Assembly: GCF_000760515.2 (NCBI RefSeq)
Contig: NW_013546154.1
Location: 62,001-92,925 of the forward strand
DNA: 30,925 nt
Direction: 5' to 3'
Source of the DNA: Mitosporidium daphniae
Lineage: Eukaryota
The notes beneath the pieces are model-generated. The model saw only the letters and a program-made list of their open reading frames with translations. It made no database searches and was not told the DNA's origin. Every line of letters starts with the position of its first letter. The first letter of the stretch is position 1. This document shows, in pieces, positions 10,254 through 21,356 of this stretch. Both the position numbers and the translations under genes were made by a program.

Positions 10254-10280
10254 TTAAATTTTAAATTAATTTTGACGTCG
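10254..10280 (+). promoter_or_regulatory. AAATTT-type start-proximal signal (example of a recurrent motif)
   Basis: TTAAATTTTAAATTAATTTT just before the POB3 ATG. Similar tracts precede ATGs at 2061, 8680, 9879, 13356, 15141, 23608 and 25726, and on the minus strand at 1811, 6897, 21267 and 29763. Confidence 0.6.
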
Positions 10281-12055
10281 ATGTCTTCGAAAAGTAGCAT
10301 TGATTTTGATGGGATTTACCTGCAGGGCAAAGGGCATAAAAATCCGGGGAAAATCAAGTTTATTTCTAACGGTCTTGGGTGGAAGGAAACCATCACCGGT
10401 GTTGTGATAACGATCAAGTCTGAAGATATACTCTCCATGGCATGGAGCAGGGTTTCGCGCGATTACCAGCTTCAAATTGTGCTGAAGGAGGCTTCGTCAG
10501 GCTCTTCAAACACATCAAGTTATTCCTTTGATGGGTTTCCAAAAGAAGTGAATATGAAGTGGTTTATTAATTGCCTAGGCTCACGACCAAATAAGGGACT
10601 TTATCCGTCAAAATTACTCTGGAATGTATCTTGACCAGAAGGAATATTCGCTGAAAGGTTCCAATTGGGGAAAGCTGAGTTTCAACGATCAAAAAGTCAC
10701 ATTTAGCGACACTTCACTGCCTTCAAATGAGTCGACGATTCTTTCGCTTTCTATCTCCGACATTTCAAATGTGGCCCTGACGGCAAAGAATGAGATCTCC
10801 ATTGAGACGGCTTTAGACCCCTCCTCTAAGCGAACAGATGCACTTGTGGATATTAGATTCTTTGTTCCTGGAGAAGCGGACGGAGAAATCGGTGGAGAGG
10901 ATGAGGAGGGCGAATTTTCGCCTTCCCCAGATTCGGCAAATGTAGAATTTACGGTTTCACGTTTAGGGTCTTGTGCAAAGCATTAAGAGTGCATTGGAGG
11001 CAACCGGGTCAGATGTCGCCTCAAGCGAAATTGTTGCGTCGTTCCGGGATTTACCGTTTATCGTGCCGCGTGGACGATACGAAATGGACTTGTACATTTC
11101 TGCGCTGCGCCTTCGTGGCAAATCGTATGATTACAAGATACCATATGCAAACATTGTTCGTCTCTTTCTGCTTCCCAGGCCAGACGACAGCCATGTGCTT
11201 ATGGTGCTTGCTCTAGAGCCCCCGATAAGGCAGGGGCAGACCAGATATCCTTTCTTGATTGTGCAGTTTGCAAAAGAGATGGATACAGAGGTCGATATTG
11301 CTCTGGGCGAGCAGGCCAGAATTCCTCTGGGCCTTGAAGCTTCATATGAGGGGCCGCAATATGAAGTTGTCTCGAAATTGCTAAAAAGCATCTCCATGAA
11401 AAAGTTGATCGTACCTGGCGCCTCTTTCCAAAGGTATTTTTCTTGCATCCTAATTAAAGCCCTCAAGGATTCTGTGCAGTCAAATGCACCGTTAAGGCCA
11501 ACGAGGGGCATTTGTATTTTCTGGAAAAATGCTTCCTATTCGTCCCAAAGCCTGCCATCATTTTACAACACGACAAAATATCTTCTGTAACATTTTCGAG
11601 GCAAGTTACTTTCTTATCGCGGATTTCCTCAAATTAGCTAGCAATTTATATTTTTTAGAATAGATACCACAGGCACATCTAGAACTTTTGATGTCAAGTT
11701 TAGCATGAAAGCCGGGCCGGATCAGGCATTTTCGTCCATTATGAAGTACATTTCAATTTTTTGATGGGATAGGGAAGAGTTTGGAGCTTTCGAAAAGTTC
11801 CTTAGGGACAAAGGAATAAGATACCAAAATGACCTTCCAGAGCAGAGGAAAATTGCATATAAGGGTGGATCGGATTCTGGATCCGACGATGATGCCGTTA
11901 TTCCAGTGCGTTCTGATATCGAAGACGGGGAAGACTCCAGCACCGACGAAGACTATCAAGAGGGCGATTCTGGGGCTGAGTATTCCTCTTCCGCCTCTGA
12001 CGACGACAGTGAGAGCAATGGCAATGAATCTGCTGAGGACATGGACGAAGAATAG
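10281..12055 (+). CDS. POB3: FACT complex subunit Pob3/SSRP1; introns 10548-10578, 10942-10966, 11434-11459, 11601-11658 (GC-AG), 11746-11772
   Basis: KGSNWG, IRFFVPG, PRGRYEMDLY...LRLRGKSYDYKIPY, LEPPIRQGQTRYPFL, VKCTVKANEGHLYFLEK, SRTFDV. Acidic tail and no HMG box, as in fungal Pob3. Confidence 0.95.
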
Positions 12056-12289
12056 GAATTTATTAAATTTATTTCAAGACAGCGAGTTGGTTACTTTTCT
12101 AAACGGGAACCACTAATTTAGAATTGGTGCTTCATTAACTATTTGCATCGGCACATGGTACAAGTGTCTCGTATTCCTTCAATTTTTCAATAGAAATCAC
12201 GCTAGGGTTGGCGCGTCTACATCAAGCCACATTCGAAGTTTGTAAATACCTGAACCGTCGTTTATTAATTTATTTTAGTTTACACCCAA

Positions 12290-12674
12290 ATGAATTCCTT
12301 GTGGAATAAGTCCTTTTATCTGTCCCGCTTCATCCTGCACAGTAAGTCTGCCGTAGTGCGACCAAGATGGGTATCGTATTCGACCTCTGGAACAGATAAC
12401 ATCAGCGAGCGTGTTTTAAGCGTTCTCAAAACTATTGATAGAATCGATACCTCAAAGGTATGATGTTGTATTTTCCTGACCCCTTTAGCTAAAAATGGAC
12501 TGCAACATGACAAAGGACCTTGGGCTGGATTCATTGGATATGGTTGAAGCCATCATTGCTATTGAAGAAGAGTTTGGTATTGAAATCCCAGATAGAGTTG
12601 CCGATTCCATAAAGACACCTGCCGATGTGGTTGCATTTATTACGGAAGAGCAAGCTCGCAACCGGGTCAATTAA
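12290..12674 (+). CDS. ACP1: Mitochondrial acyl carrier protein, 117 aa; intron 12458-12488
   Basis: [26 protein letters not shown] phosphopantetheine motif. Ser/Arg-rich presequence-like N-terminus. Missed by the ORF track. Confidence 0.95.
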
Positions 12675-12735
12675 AACCAATTTTTATTCAATTAATAAAT
12701 AAGATGAAGATGGCAAGGAATTTGGATGTGTGCGA

Positions 12736-13188
12736 TTACGAGAAGTAGCCCACAAGCTTCTCATAATCTAGCAGACTTCGATTTGCATTGTTGGGGTCTG
12801 GGAGCGTTGCAGAAACGGCACCAGAGAGATAAATAAAATTGCTCCAGTCCTCCTTGGAAAAGGCTGCACCCTCTTCAGAATGGTCAAGCAGAAGGGAATG
12901 AAGCTTTTCCATCGGAATCAAAGTATCGGGTTGCGAAAAATTGTGAACAACAATAGTCTGGAAAGCATGTTTGGCGGACGCTGAAATGGGCCTTAGGGCA
13001 GACAAATGGGAATTAATGGTAGCCAAAAACATCGGCAGATCATATCCGGTGGGATCCTTGTCAAAGTCGCCCACGGAGACATTAAGTGCGCCTAAGGATG
13101 ATTGAAGGTCCTCATGCGATAAAATGCCGTCATTATCCCTATCCAGGAATCTGAAGATTTCAGAAAGCGTAGCGAGATCTTGCTGCAT
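12736..13188 (-). CDS. EF-hand protein, myosin regulatory light chain/calmodulin-like
   Basis: EIFRFLDRDNDGILSHEDLQSSLGAL is a canonical EF1. Later hands are degenerate (FLATI, AFQ, LDYEKLV). Confidence 0.75.
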   Translation of the reverse strand: MQQDLATLSEIFRFLDRDNDGILSHEDLQSSLGALNVSVGDFDKDPTGYDLPMFLATINSHLSALRPISASAKHAFQTIVVHNFSQPDTLIPMEKLHSLLLDHSEEGAAFSKEDWSNFIYLSGAVSATLPDPNNANRSLLDYEKLVGYFS

Positions 13189-13355
13189 TTTCAAAAAATG
13201 AATGTAGACTGAAACGTGGCGCGCAACCTTTGGAACTGGAGACTACCTGGTTGCCAACTCAACCGGCCATTGGACAAAATTTCAAATTTAAACGATATTG
13301 TACTTTATGAACCCGGCCTGTAATAATTAATCATTAATCAATCTTTAAATTAAAG

Positions 13356-14834
13356 ATGCAAACTGACAAGTCTCGACAAGAGAAATTTATCGAGGTCAGT
13401 ATAGATGAGGGCGAAAGAGGGCTCGGAAGCAGATCAAGCACGATCGCGTCGGTATCTCTGGTGGTAAACAAGCTTCCCTGGTACAGAAGCAAGAGAAACG
13501 TGGTTCCGCTGCTTTGCTTCTTCAGTGTGTTTGTAATGTATATTGTACGCTTCAGCTTTTCGCAGGCCTCTATCCCGATGGCACAGGTATACCATTGGTC
13601 TCAGTTCGAACTTTCGCTAATTGTCTCTTCATTCTACGCTGGCTATCTTCCATCGCAAATCTTCGGGGCGTGTGCCAGCAAGGCTTGGGGCGGAAAGCCT
13701 GTCGTTGCTGTTGGTTTGCTTCTTTCATGTTTTGGATCAATTTGTATTCCAATTTTGGCAAACCACTATTTTTTGGTGCTAGCGCTTAGGGTTCTCATGG
13801 GAATCGGGCAGGGATGCATGTATCCTGCCATGTGCGAGCTACTTTCCCAATGGGTCATCCCTCCTGAAAAGGCCTTATGGCTAAATTTTTCATGGTCTGG
13901 AGGACAGGCTGGAACCATTTTTTGCCTTGGCATTTATCCCCTGCTAGAAGAGACTTTTGGATGGAAGTTTCCATTTTTTGCGTTTGGAATGATTGGCGTG
14001 GTTTGGTTCTACTTTTGGAGCTCGCACGTGTGGGAGACGCCGCAAAAGCATCCATCTCTTTCTGCCCAAGAAAAACTCATTTTAGAAGCATACCCGCCAA
14101 GAGGAAATGCCATCAAGGGGGCCTCTGAGCAGCAGTCCAAGGCAATACCATGGCTGGCCATCATATCCTCTTGGCAAATATATCCTGTGGTGCTGATTTA
14201 TTTTGGGTACAATTGGCCATTCTACCTGATGATAAATTCGCTTCCAACTTATTTGCAAACGGTTTTGGGATTCAAATCCTCTAAGCAGGGGCTTCTTTCT
14301 ATGCTTCCATATATTTTTCTTTGGATTTCTCTGATCTCATCTGGGATGTTTTCGGACTGGCTGGTTAAGAAAAAGAAAGTCCCGATTTGGCTCCAGAGAA
14401 AAGGAATGGTTTTTCTGGGACTGTTTCCCTCCGCCATCGTTTTACTCTTTTTGTCCCATTTTTCTTCTTCTGTATTTTGGACCTTGGCTGCAATTAATTT
14501 TTCCATTGCAATGCCAGGGATCTCGATGAGTGGATTTTCGCCCGCTGCTTTTGATTTATCTTCCGAATATGCCGGGGCAATTACATCCATTTGCAATGTG
14601 TTTGGATCGCTATCTGGGATCATATGCCCAATAGTTACGGGAATCATTCTTGACCAGGCTAATTGCAGTGCTGGACGTGACGAAAATCCAACTGCATCTC
14701 TTGCATGCAAACATGCGTGGTTCACTGCATTTGCAATAGGCGGTGGCGTGTACATTGCCGTTACTTTAATTTGGGTTTTATTTGCATCTTTTAAATCAAT
14801 TTCTTTTTCTCATGGAAAACCATGCAAACACTAG
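13356..14834 (+). CDS. MFS transporter, SLC17/PHT4 (anion:cation symporter) type, intronless
   Basis: About 12 TM segments. WSQFELSLIVSSFYAGYLPSQIFG, RVLMGIGQG..YPA..L.S.W.PP.E, IPW.AI, LPTYL..VLGF, DLS..YAG resemble sialin/PHT4. Confidence 0.88.
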   Translation: MQTDKSRQEKFIEVSIDEGERGLGSRSSTIASVSLVVNKLPWYRSKRNVVPLLCFFSVFVMYIVRFSFSQASIPMAQVYHWSQFELSLIVSSFYAGYLPSQIFGACASKAWGGKPVVAVGLLLSCFGSICIPILANHYFLVLALRVLMGIGQGCMYPAMCELLSQWVIPPEKALWLNFSWSGGQAGTIFCLGIYPLLEETFGWKFPFFAFGMIGVVWFYFWSSHVWETPQKHPSLSAQEKLILEAYPPRGNAIKGASEQQSKAIPWLAIISSWQIYPVVLIYFGYNWPFYLMINSLPTYLQTVLGFKSSKQGLLSMLPYIFLWISLISSGMFSDWLVKKKKVPIWLQRKGMVFLGLFPSAIVLLFLSHFSSSVFWTLAAINFSIAMPGISMSGFSPAAFDLSSEYAGAITSICNVFGSLSGIICPIVTGIILDQANCSAGRDENPTASLACKHAWFTAFAIGGGVYIAVTLIWVLFASFKSISFSHGKPCKH

Positions 14835-15131
14835 CAAGTTATTTGACATGTATTAAATCCTATTGAACCCTTTATTTTGCTCCTTTGGGAATCTAATCTA
14901 ATCGGAGAAAAGCGAAGCGAAGCAAATCCGATACCGTCCGTGGCTGCAAAGTCAACGGGGTAGGGGTAGGGTTTATCGCCAATTTACGCAACCCTAAGCC
15001 AATTCGAACGCTTCGCGTTTGGGTTTAAATTTTAAATTTTATAGGAAGCAAGCTGATTGATCCATAAACTGCCCAATTCATTTAATCAAGGATTTCTTTG
15101 ATTGCCACCAACATTTTGGTCAAAATTTTAA

Positions 15132-15765
<634 letters not shown>

Positions 15766-16010
15766 AAAAATCGTACCGCCAAATAATTTGAAATAAAATT
15801 ATTTTTATAACAAAATACAGCACATCCAACGTAATATGATGGCAATATTAGCAGACCTTAAGCCGATTGAAAATTCGTGTGCGCCATTTTTATTGAAATG
15901 GCATCATCTTATTTTGGGGTTACACTCGGTGTCCCTGCAAGTGGGGCAGACATTACATGGGCGCCATAAATTGATCGTCACTTGGAAATGCGGTTGGTTT
16001 ATTATTTCAG

Positions 16011-17836
16011 TTATGGTGTCAAACGCTTTGGATCACGAGGAAATAGCGAGGTCTTGCGAATGTTTCCAAGTCCAAAGTACAGCATGACAACACGCTCGAG
16101 CCCAATTCCACCGCCGGCATGTGGTGGAGCGCCATACCGAAAGGCCTCAAGATATGAATTGATGGTCGATAGGTCTAATTGTAGCTGGTCAGACAAGATA
16201 TTAGCATACCGATACCATGCTCAGTGGCCTTTTGAACTAGCAAGTTATAGTCATTAATTCTTTGCGCTCCGGAAAGAATCTCTTCGCCGCGGATGAAAAA
16301 GTCATAAGCATTTGCCAGTTTCTAGAAAAGTTACAAAGTTAACCCTCATACAGGATCCTTTGAATCATACATGGTATAAAACGGTCTGACCGCCAAAGGG
16401 AACTTATCCAGAACATAAAAATCCGTTTTGTACTTTTCTTTTACCAGCTTTCCTAGTAATTTTTCATTGGTAGTGCTAGGGCATAAGTGAAAAATGACGT
16501 GCCTCAAATCCTCGTCAGCAGCCATCTCGATCCCAACGGCACGTAACATAGCGACTCCTTCAGAATATTGAAGAACCAGCGTCTTCTCCAAGTACTGAAG
16601 TTCTTCAAAAGGATGTTGTTTGTGAATGGCCTCAAAATATTTGCTATATTTGGGATCCTTCAGCGCATCAAAGACAAAAACGAACATCGATGCGATCATA
16701 TCCATTACTTCGTGGTAATGGGATGTAAATGTCATCTCCAAATCAACACCTGTAAACTCGGTCAAATGGCGGTGGGTAAACGAATTTTCAGCTCTGAAAA
16801 CCGGCCCAATTTCATAGACTCGATTGAAATGTGCACAAATAGCCATTTGCTTGTACAATTGAGGAGATTGCGCAAGGAAAGCATCGCCGTTAAAGTATTT
16901 GACCTTGAAGACATTTGCGCCTCCCTCAGACGCAGCAGATATCATCTTTGGCGAGTGGATTTTTCTAAAGTCATTCAAATGGAAAAATCGTTCAAAATGC
17001 CATTCGATTTCAGAAAGCATTTGAAAAATGGCATCATTGGCGGGGGTTCTCAAATCAATCACGCGATTATCAAGTCGGGTATCAAGATTTACACGAGGCA
17101 GAGCCTCTTCTTCTGGAGAAGAACTGAAATCCGGGCGCGATGCATCTTCCAAATTGATAGGTAGAGTGGCTGAGGGCGAGACAACCCAAAGCTCTTCAAC
17201 ATGAATTTCATGGCTAAAGACAGAACATGAAAGAATTGGTGTAGAGGCTTTAACAACCTTTCCAACAATATCAACGATGGTTTCCTTTGAAAGAGATCCA
17301 CAAAATTTTAGCATAGCCTTGCTAATGCTCACATTGTCAGCATACACAATGAGCTGGATGTTGACATAAGGGCTTTCGCGAAGAACGACAAATGCTTGCT
17401 TTCCTAAACTTAAGAAAGAAAATCAAACCTGCTACACGAGAAACACTAATGGTTCCTCGAACTCTTACATGAGTATGTTCTTCCAGTTGTGAGATCTTAC
17501 TAATCGGCGTCCATACAAGGCCTATCGTTAGATAAATTTAATCAATAAATACCCTCCATTGTGCCATATAATTGAGCAGGAAGAACTCCATACTTTGATG
17601 ATGATACGTCCTAAAATAAATATCGCAAAAATTACGGGAACAGATGTTTGTTCTGCGGCAACCCTTTTAGCTGTTTCCATTTTTCGCTCTTCTTTTTCTT
17701 TTTGAGCTTGTAGCTTTTTAAGGGCGCTCTTCGAAAGGGGGTTGTCAGCACTAATATATTACATCAGTATCAACAAATACGGTGATGCAGAGACATCAAG
17801 AGATTCAAACTTTTCGGTGAGCTCAGTAGCTACCAT
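16011..17836 (-). CDS. DPS1: Cytosolic aspartyl-tRNA synthetase; introns 17751-17780, 17611-17635, 17522-17552, 17404-17428, 16476-16502 (GC-AG), 16322-16351, 16175-16209
   Basis: LSKSALKK N-terminal extension, [62 protein letters not shown]...LFPRDPKRL. Confidence 0.97.
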
Positions 17837-17909
17837 AAAATCATATCCATTACATTTTACGTATGAGTTATTAATAAAATATATAAATTAAAAGAAGGCG
17901 ACTTTTGCT

Positions 17910-17981
17910 GCCTCCTTAGCATAGTGGTAGTGCGTCAGTCTTGTAAACTGAAGGTCACCAGTTCAATTCTGGTAGGGGGCT
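17910..17981 (+). tRNA. tRNA-Thr(UGU), intronless
   Basis: Acceptor stem GCCTCCT/AGGGGGC, D arm with TAGTGG, anticodon arm TCAGT-CTTGTAA-ACTGA, T arm ACCAG-TTCAATT-CTGGT. T-run Pol III terminator at 17985-17989. Confidence 0.96.
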
Positions 17982-18007
17982 AACTTTTTGAATTAATTGA
18001 TTTTTTT

Positions 18008-18517
18008 ATGGACATATTTACACAGGCCTTTGAAATTGAAGATCCATTGGACTCGATAGTTTATTGCATGAGAAAGATTAAACAGGAACTCACGTGTAGC
18101 ATATGGTTGTGATCCCTGGATTATTAACATTTTAGTCTTCAATTTATTTCGGACCCTTTTCTTACCACTTGTAATCACTATTATTGCAGGTTTTATGGAA
18201 TAGTAATTTTAGGGAATGCTTATTACAGGCACTTAAACATAGTTGCAAATGCCCACTATGCAAAAACACGATTTCCAAACGATCTTGCAACACAGATTCC
18301 ACCATGCAAGATCTGATTGATCGCTACAACGTGCTGTTGGGCGTTTATGAAAAGTTCCAAGGCTCCTGTAGGTAATGCTTCATTGATCGTAGTGTCGCAA
18401 AAGCCAACAAAAGCAAAGGGCGCCGAAAAGCAGCCAACCAATTTATCGTCACCATCGCAGCTAAAAATCCCCTCACTCGCCATCATAGACGACCAGTTTG
18501 ATTCCTTTTCAGACTGA
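18008..18517 (+). CDS. BRCA1-like C3HC4 RING-only protein, about 143 aa; exons 18008-18105, 18136-18189, 18213-18367, 18393-18517
   Basis: Spliced: MRKIKQELTCSICLQFISDPFLTTCNHYYCRECLLQALKHSCKCPLCKNTISKRSCNTDSTMQDLI. The RING is clear; the last donor could be 18368 or 18372. Confidence 0.85.
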
Positions 18518-18656
18518 AAGATGATATTGTAGATAAAAAGTCAAATAAGTAGCAATTGATTGTTTAGTTGATTTGTTTATGATTCAGGCGTGGATAACTT
18601 AAATTAATATCTTGACAACTAGTGTTCTCTCGAAAAATCAAAATATCAATTAGAGG

Positions 18657-19946
18657 ATGAAAGGGATCAGGGCACCTCTTTTGTTCATTATATGTCTGAT
18701 CTTCTTGTATGCATGTATTTCGGGGGTAACCTCTTCCGCTGAATCGAGCCCCACCGTTTTGGAGATGCTGGAACGTCTTGCCAATGAAGAGGGTGGGGGG
18801 CAATACACCACTTTTAGCAACATATTGCTTCAAATCCCAAAACTAAGAAACCTACTGTCTGGAGTTGAGCATTTTGAGAATGCAAACTCGTTTGGGGAAG
18901 ACTTGGAGAAGGATGAGAGCAAAAAATTTCAAATGATTCTATTTATGCCGACAAATGTTGCCGTTGCAAATAGGGGGCAATTAGAGAGTTCCATATTCAA
19001 GAATGCCATTTTATACCACATTGTAAGCTCAAAGGTTTCCAGGAAAATGTTGGATAGTGCTGCAGAAACAGGCAGCCCAATTATTCTGGAAACTGCCCTT
19101 TCAGCGGCAAACAGCGGTTCTGGGACCTCATTTTCGGTACGCCTTCCATTGGGAGTGCCGCAAAGATTGATCCTTAACAGTCCGCGCTCGATTCCATCGG
19201 AATTATCCGAGATTATTAGATTGAAACCAGAACACTGGAGCGTTCAATATGGATTGCTGCCGGAAGCCACTATTCTCTCGTCGACAGGATGGGAATGCAG
19301 CAATGGACTAATTCTACCGATCGATGTATTCCTGTTGCCTCCAATCGACTTTGTCGTCACGATGGCCTCATTACACGTCAATGCTTTTGTACAGTTGCTT
19401 TCGTCTGCCGGAATTGGATCTGATTTACCCCCAGGCGCCTTGATCGGAAAACCCGGCGTTACACTTTTCCTTCCAACTCAAGAAGCACTGATGGAAAAAA
19501 TTGGCTTGCTCCAAGAACTTGACCGCAAAGAGCTTCATGACCTCTTAAAGCGGCATATTATTATCGGTGACGATTCGCTCCCTGTATATCTGGATGGAAA
19601 AATTTATGATGTGAGATCTTCTTCAGGAGAAAGGCTTTTCATAGAGCCATCCATGTTTCCCAGCTCTGAGGCTGGAATTGTAAATGGTCAGAGAATTCTA
19701 TATGGCAATGTCCTTCTTTCAAATGGAGTTGCGCATATCATTGACGGAGTGATTCCTGAAACAACCCCATTCCTCGAAAAATATCCACAAGAAAAAAACG
19801 GAAAGGGCCAAGATCCCGACAAAGGGGTCACGAGTCAGACTTCTGACTTTACAGATTCACAGGGAAATGCTTTGCCGGCAGTTTGGACAGGATCCTCTGC
19901 TTTTTTGTTTGCTGCCGCCTTGTTGGCTGTGATGTTCATTATGTAA
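18657..19946 (+). CDS. Fasciclin (two FAS1 domains) surface protein, signal peptide and probable GPI anchor
   Basis: ILFMPTNVA/ILYHIV/CSNGLILPIDVFLLP and TLFLPTQEA/LKRHII/SNGVAHIIDGVI. Hydrophobic N- and C-termini. Confidence 0.88.
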   Translation: MKGIRAPLLFIICLIFLYACISGVTSSAESSPTVLEMLERLANEEGGGQYTTFSNILLQIPKLRNLLSGVEHFENANSFGEDLEKDESKKFQMILFMPTNVAVANRGQLESSIFKNAILYHIVSSKVSRKMLDSAAETGSPIILETALSAANSGSGTSFSVRLPLGVPQRLILNSPRSIPSELSEIIRLKPEHWSVQYGLLPEATILSSTGWECSNGLILPIDVFLLPPIDFVVTMASLHVNAFVQLLSSAGIGSDLPPGALIGKPGVTLFLPTQEALMEKIGLLQELDRKELHDLLKRHIIIGDDSLPVYLDGKIYDVRSSSGERLFIEPSMFPSSEAGIVNGQRILYGNVLLSNGVAHIIDGVIPETTPFLEKYPQEKNGKGQDPDKGVTSQTSDFTDSQGNALPAVWTGSSAFLFAAALLAVMFIM

Positions 19947-20221
19947 ATATAGATGTAAATTGGAATCACTTCATGATATTTGTATTTATAACCAACTCGC
20001 CCAGCTACCACCTTATCTACAACTTCAATGTGGAGGTTTTTGGATATGTCCTTTAGGGTTAGAAAAATTAAATTTCCTGGCCTGATTGTCAACTTAATTA
20101 AGGGCTTTAAATAATTCGTCCAAAAGTGGAAAGTCTCCAATGACAGCAAAACCACTGCCACCAATCGGATACAGCAATTAATTAGAGTATATATTTGTCG
20201 TGTTGTTGCATCAAAACTTGA

Positions 20222-20984
20222 ATGACAATTCAAAGCATTATGGGAAAAAAGGCCGCCTCGTATGTCTCAATTCGGCCGTCTCCGAGTATCTCATTGCCTA
20301 GCATTAAGAATTCGTTTGGGCACCCCAATCATGCCATTTTGACCGAAATCGAGTCTGATCTGGTACTCTCGCCCGAAGTTCTCGTCGCATCGAAGCAGCC
20401 TCTAACATTACCTGGCGGTGAAGAAGGCGCTGGCAGCAGCGAGGAAGTTTTAAGCAGCAAGCAGCAAAAGGCATATGAAGAGCTAAAGATCTCAATCGTA
20501 CTGTGTGGAGAGTATCTTTCGAACATTTCCTTTGCAAAGTCTAAGTGTATGAACCAAAACTCCGCACTTGAAGAAGGAATTAGAAGCTCCCTTCAATCTT
20601 CACTGGACACCAATATGCTAACCTCCATCTCTAGCAAGAGGAAGAAAGACATAATTTTGACCGGTAAGTATATGTGTATTCCAATTTTTTCTAGCAACCA
20701 AATGCATCCAGTGGTTTGAAAAGGCAAATATGGACCTAAAGCTCCTCCTCTCGCAAATGTATCCAAATCCTGCACCGAATTCGCGCTTGCCGCAAGGGAA
20801 AAGAATGATCCAAAGATCAACATACATCGGAAATCGGCCAAAACTCAACAAAAAGCCAGCTCTGCATAATGAAGATTTTGAACGGCCTTTTCCAAATCAT
20901 CACAACGAGAATAGCTCAGAAAATAGCACCATGTGCAGCCTTATTGATATGGATATGCTTTTTTCAGAGGATGTTATTTATTGA
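20222..20984 (+). CDS. Hypothetical protein; intron 20664-20694 joins two ORF-track ORFs
   Basis: 31-nt GTAAGT...CTAG intron places ORF 20222 in frame with ORF 20730. No recognisable domain. Confidence 0.65.
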
Positions 20985-20990
20985 AATATA

Positions 20991-21267
<277 letters not shown>

Positions 21268-21356
21268 CAGAACAAATGTAGTCTAAAAACATTTGCTTTT
21301 ATTTGAATTTAATTTAATTTAACTTCAATTAAATTAAATTAGATTTTATTTAAAAA

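Noticed and set aside
12342..12356. 15-nt GTAAGT...TAG in the ACP presequence as an ultra-short intron
   Set aside because: Shorter than any supported intron here (minimum 22 nt), and the frame is open without splicing.
15860..15920. U4 snRNA-like 3' half
   Set aside because: No upstream segments complementary to conserved U6 stems I and II.
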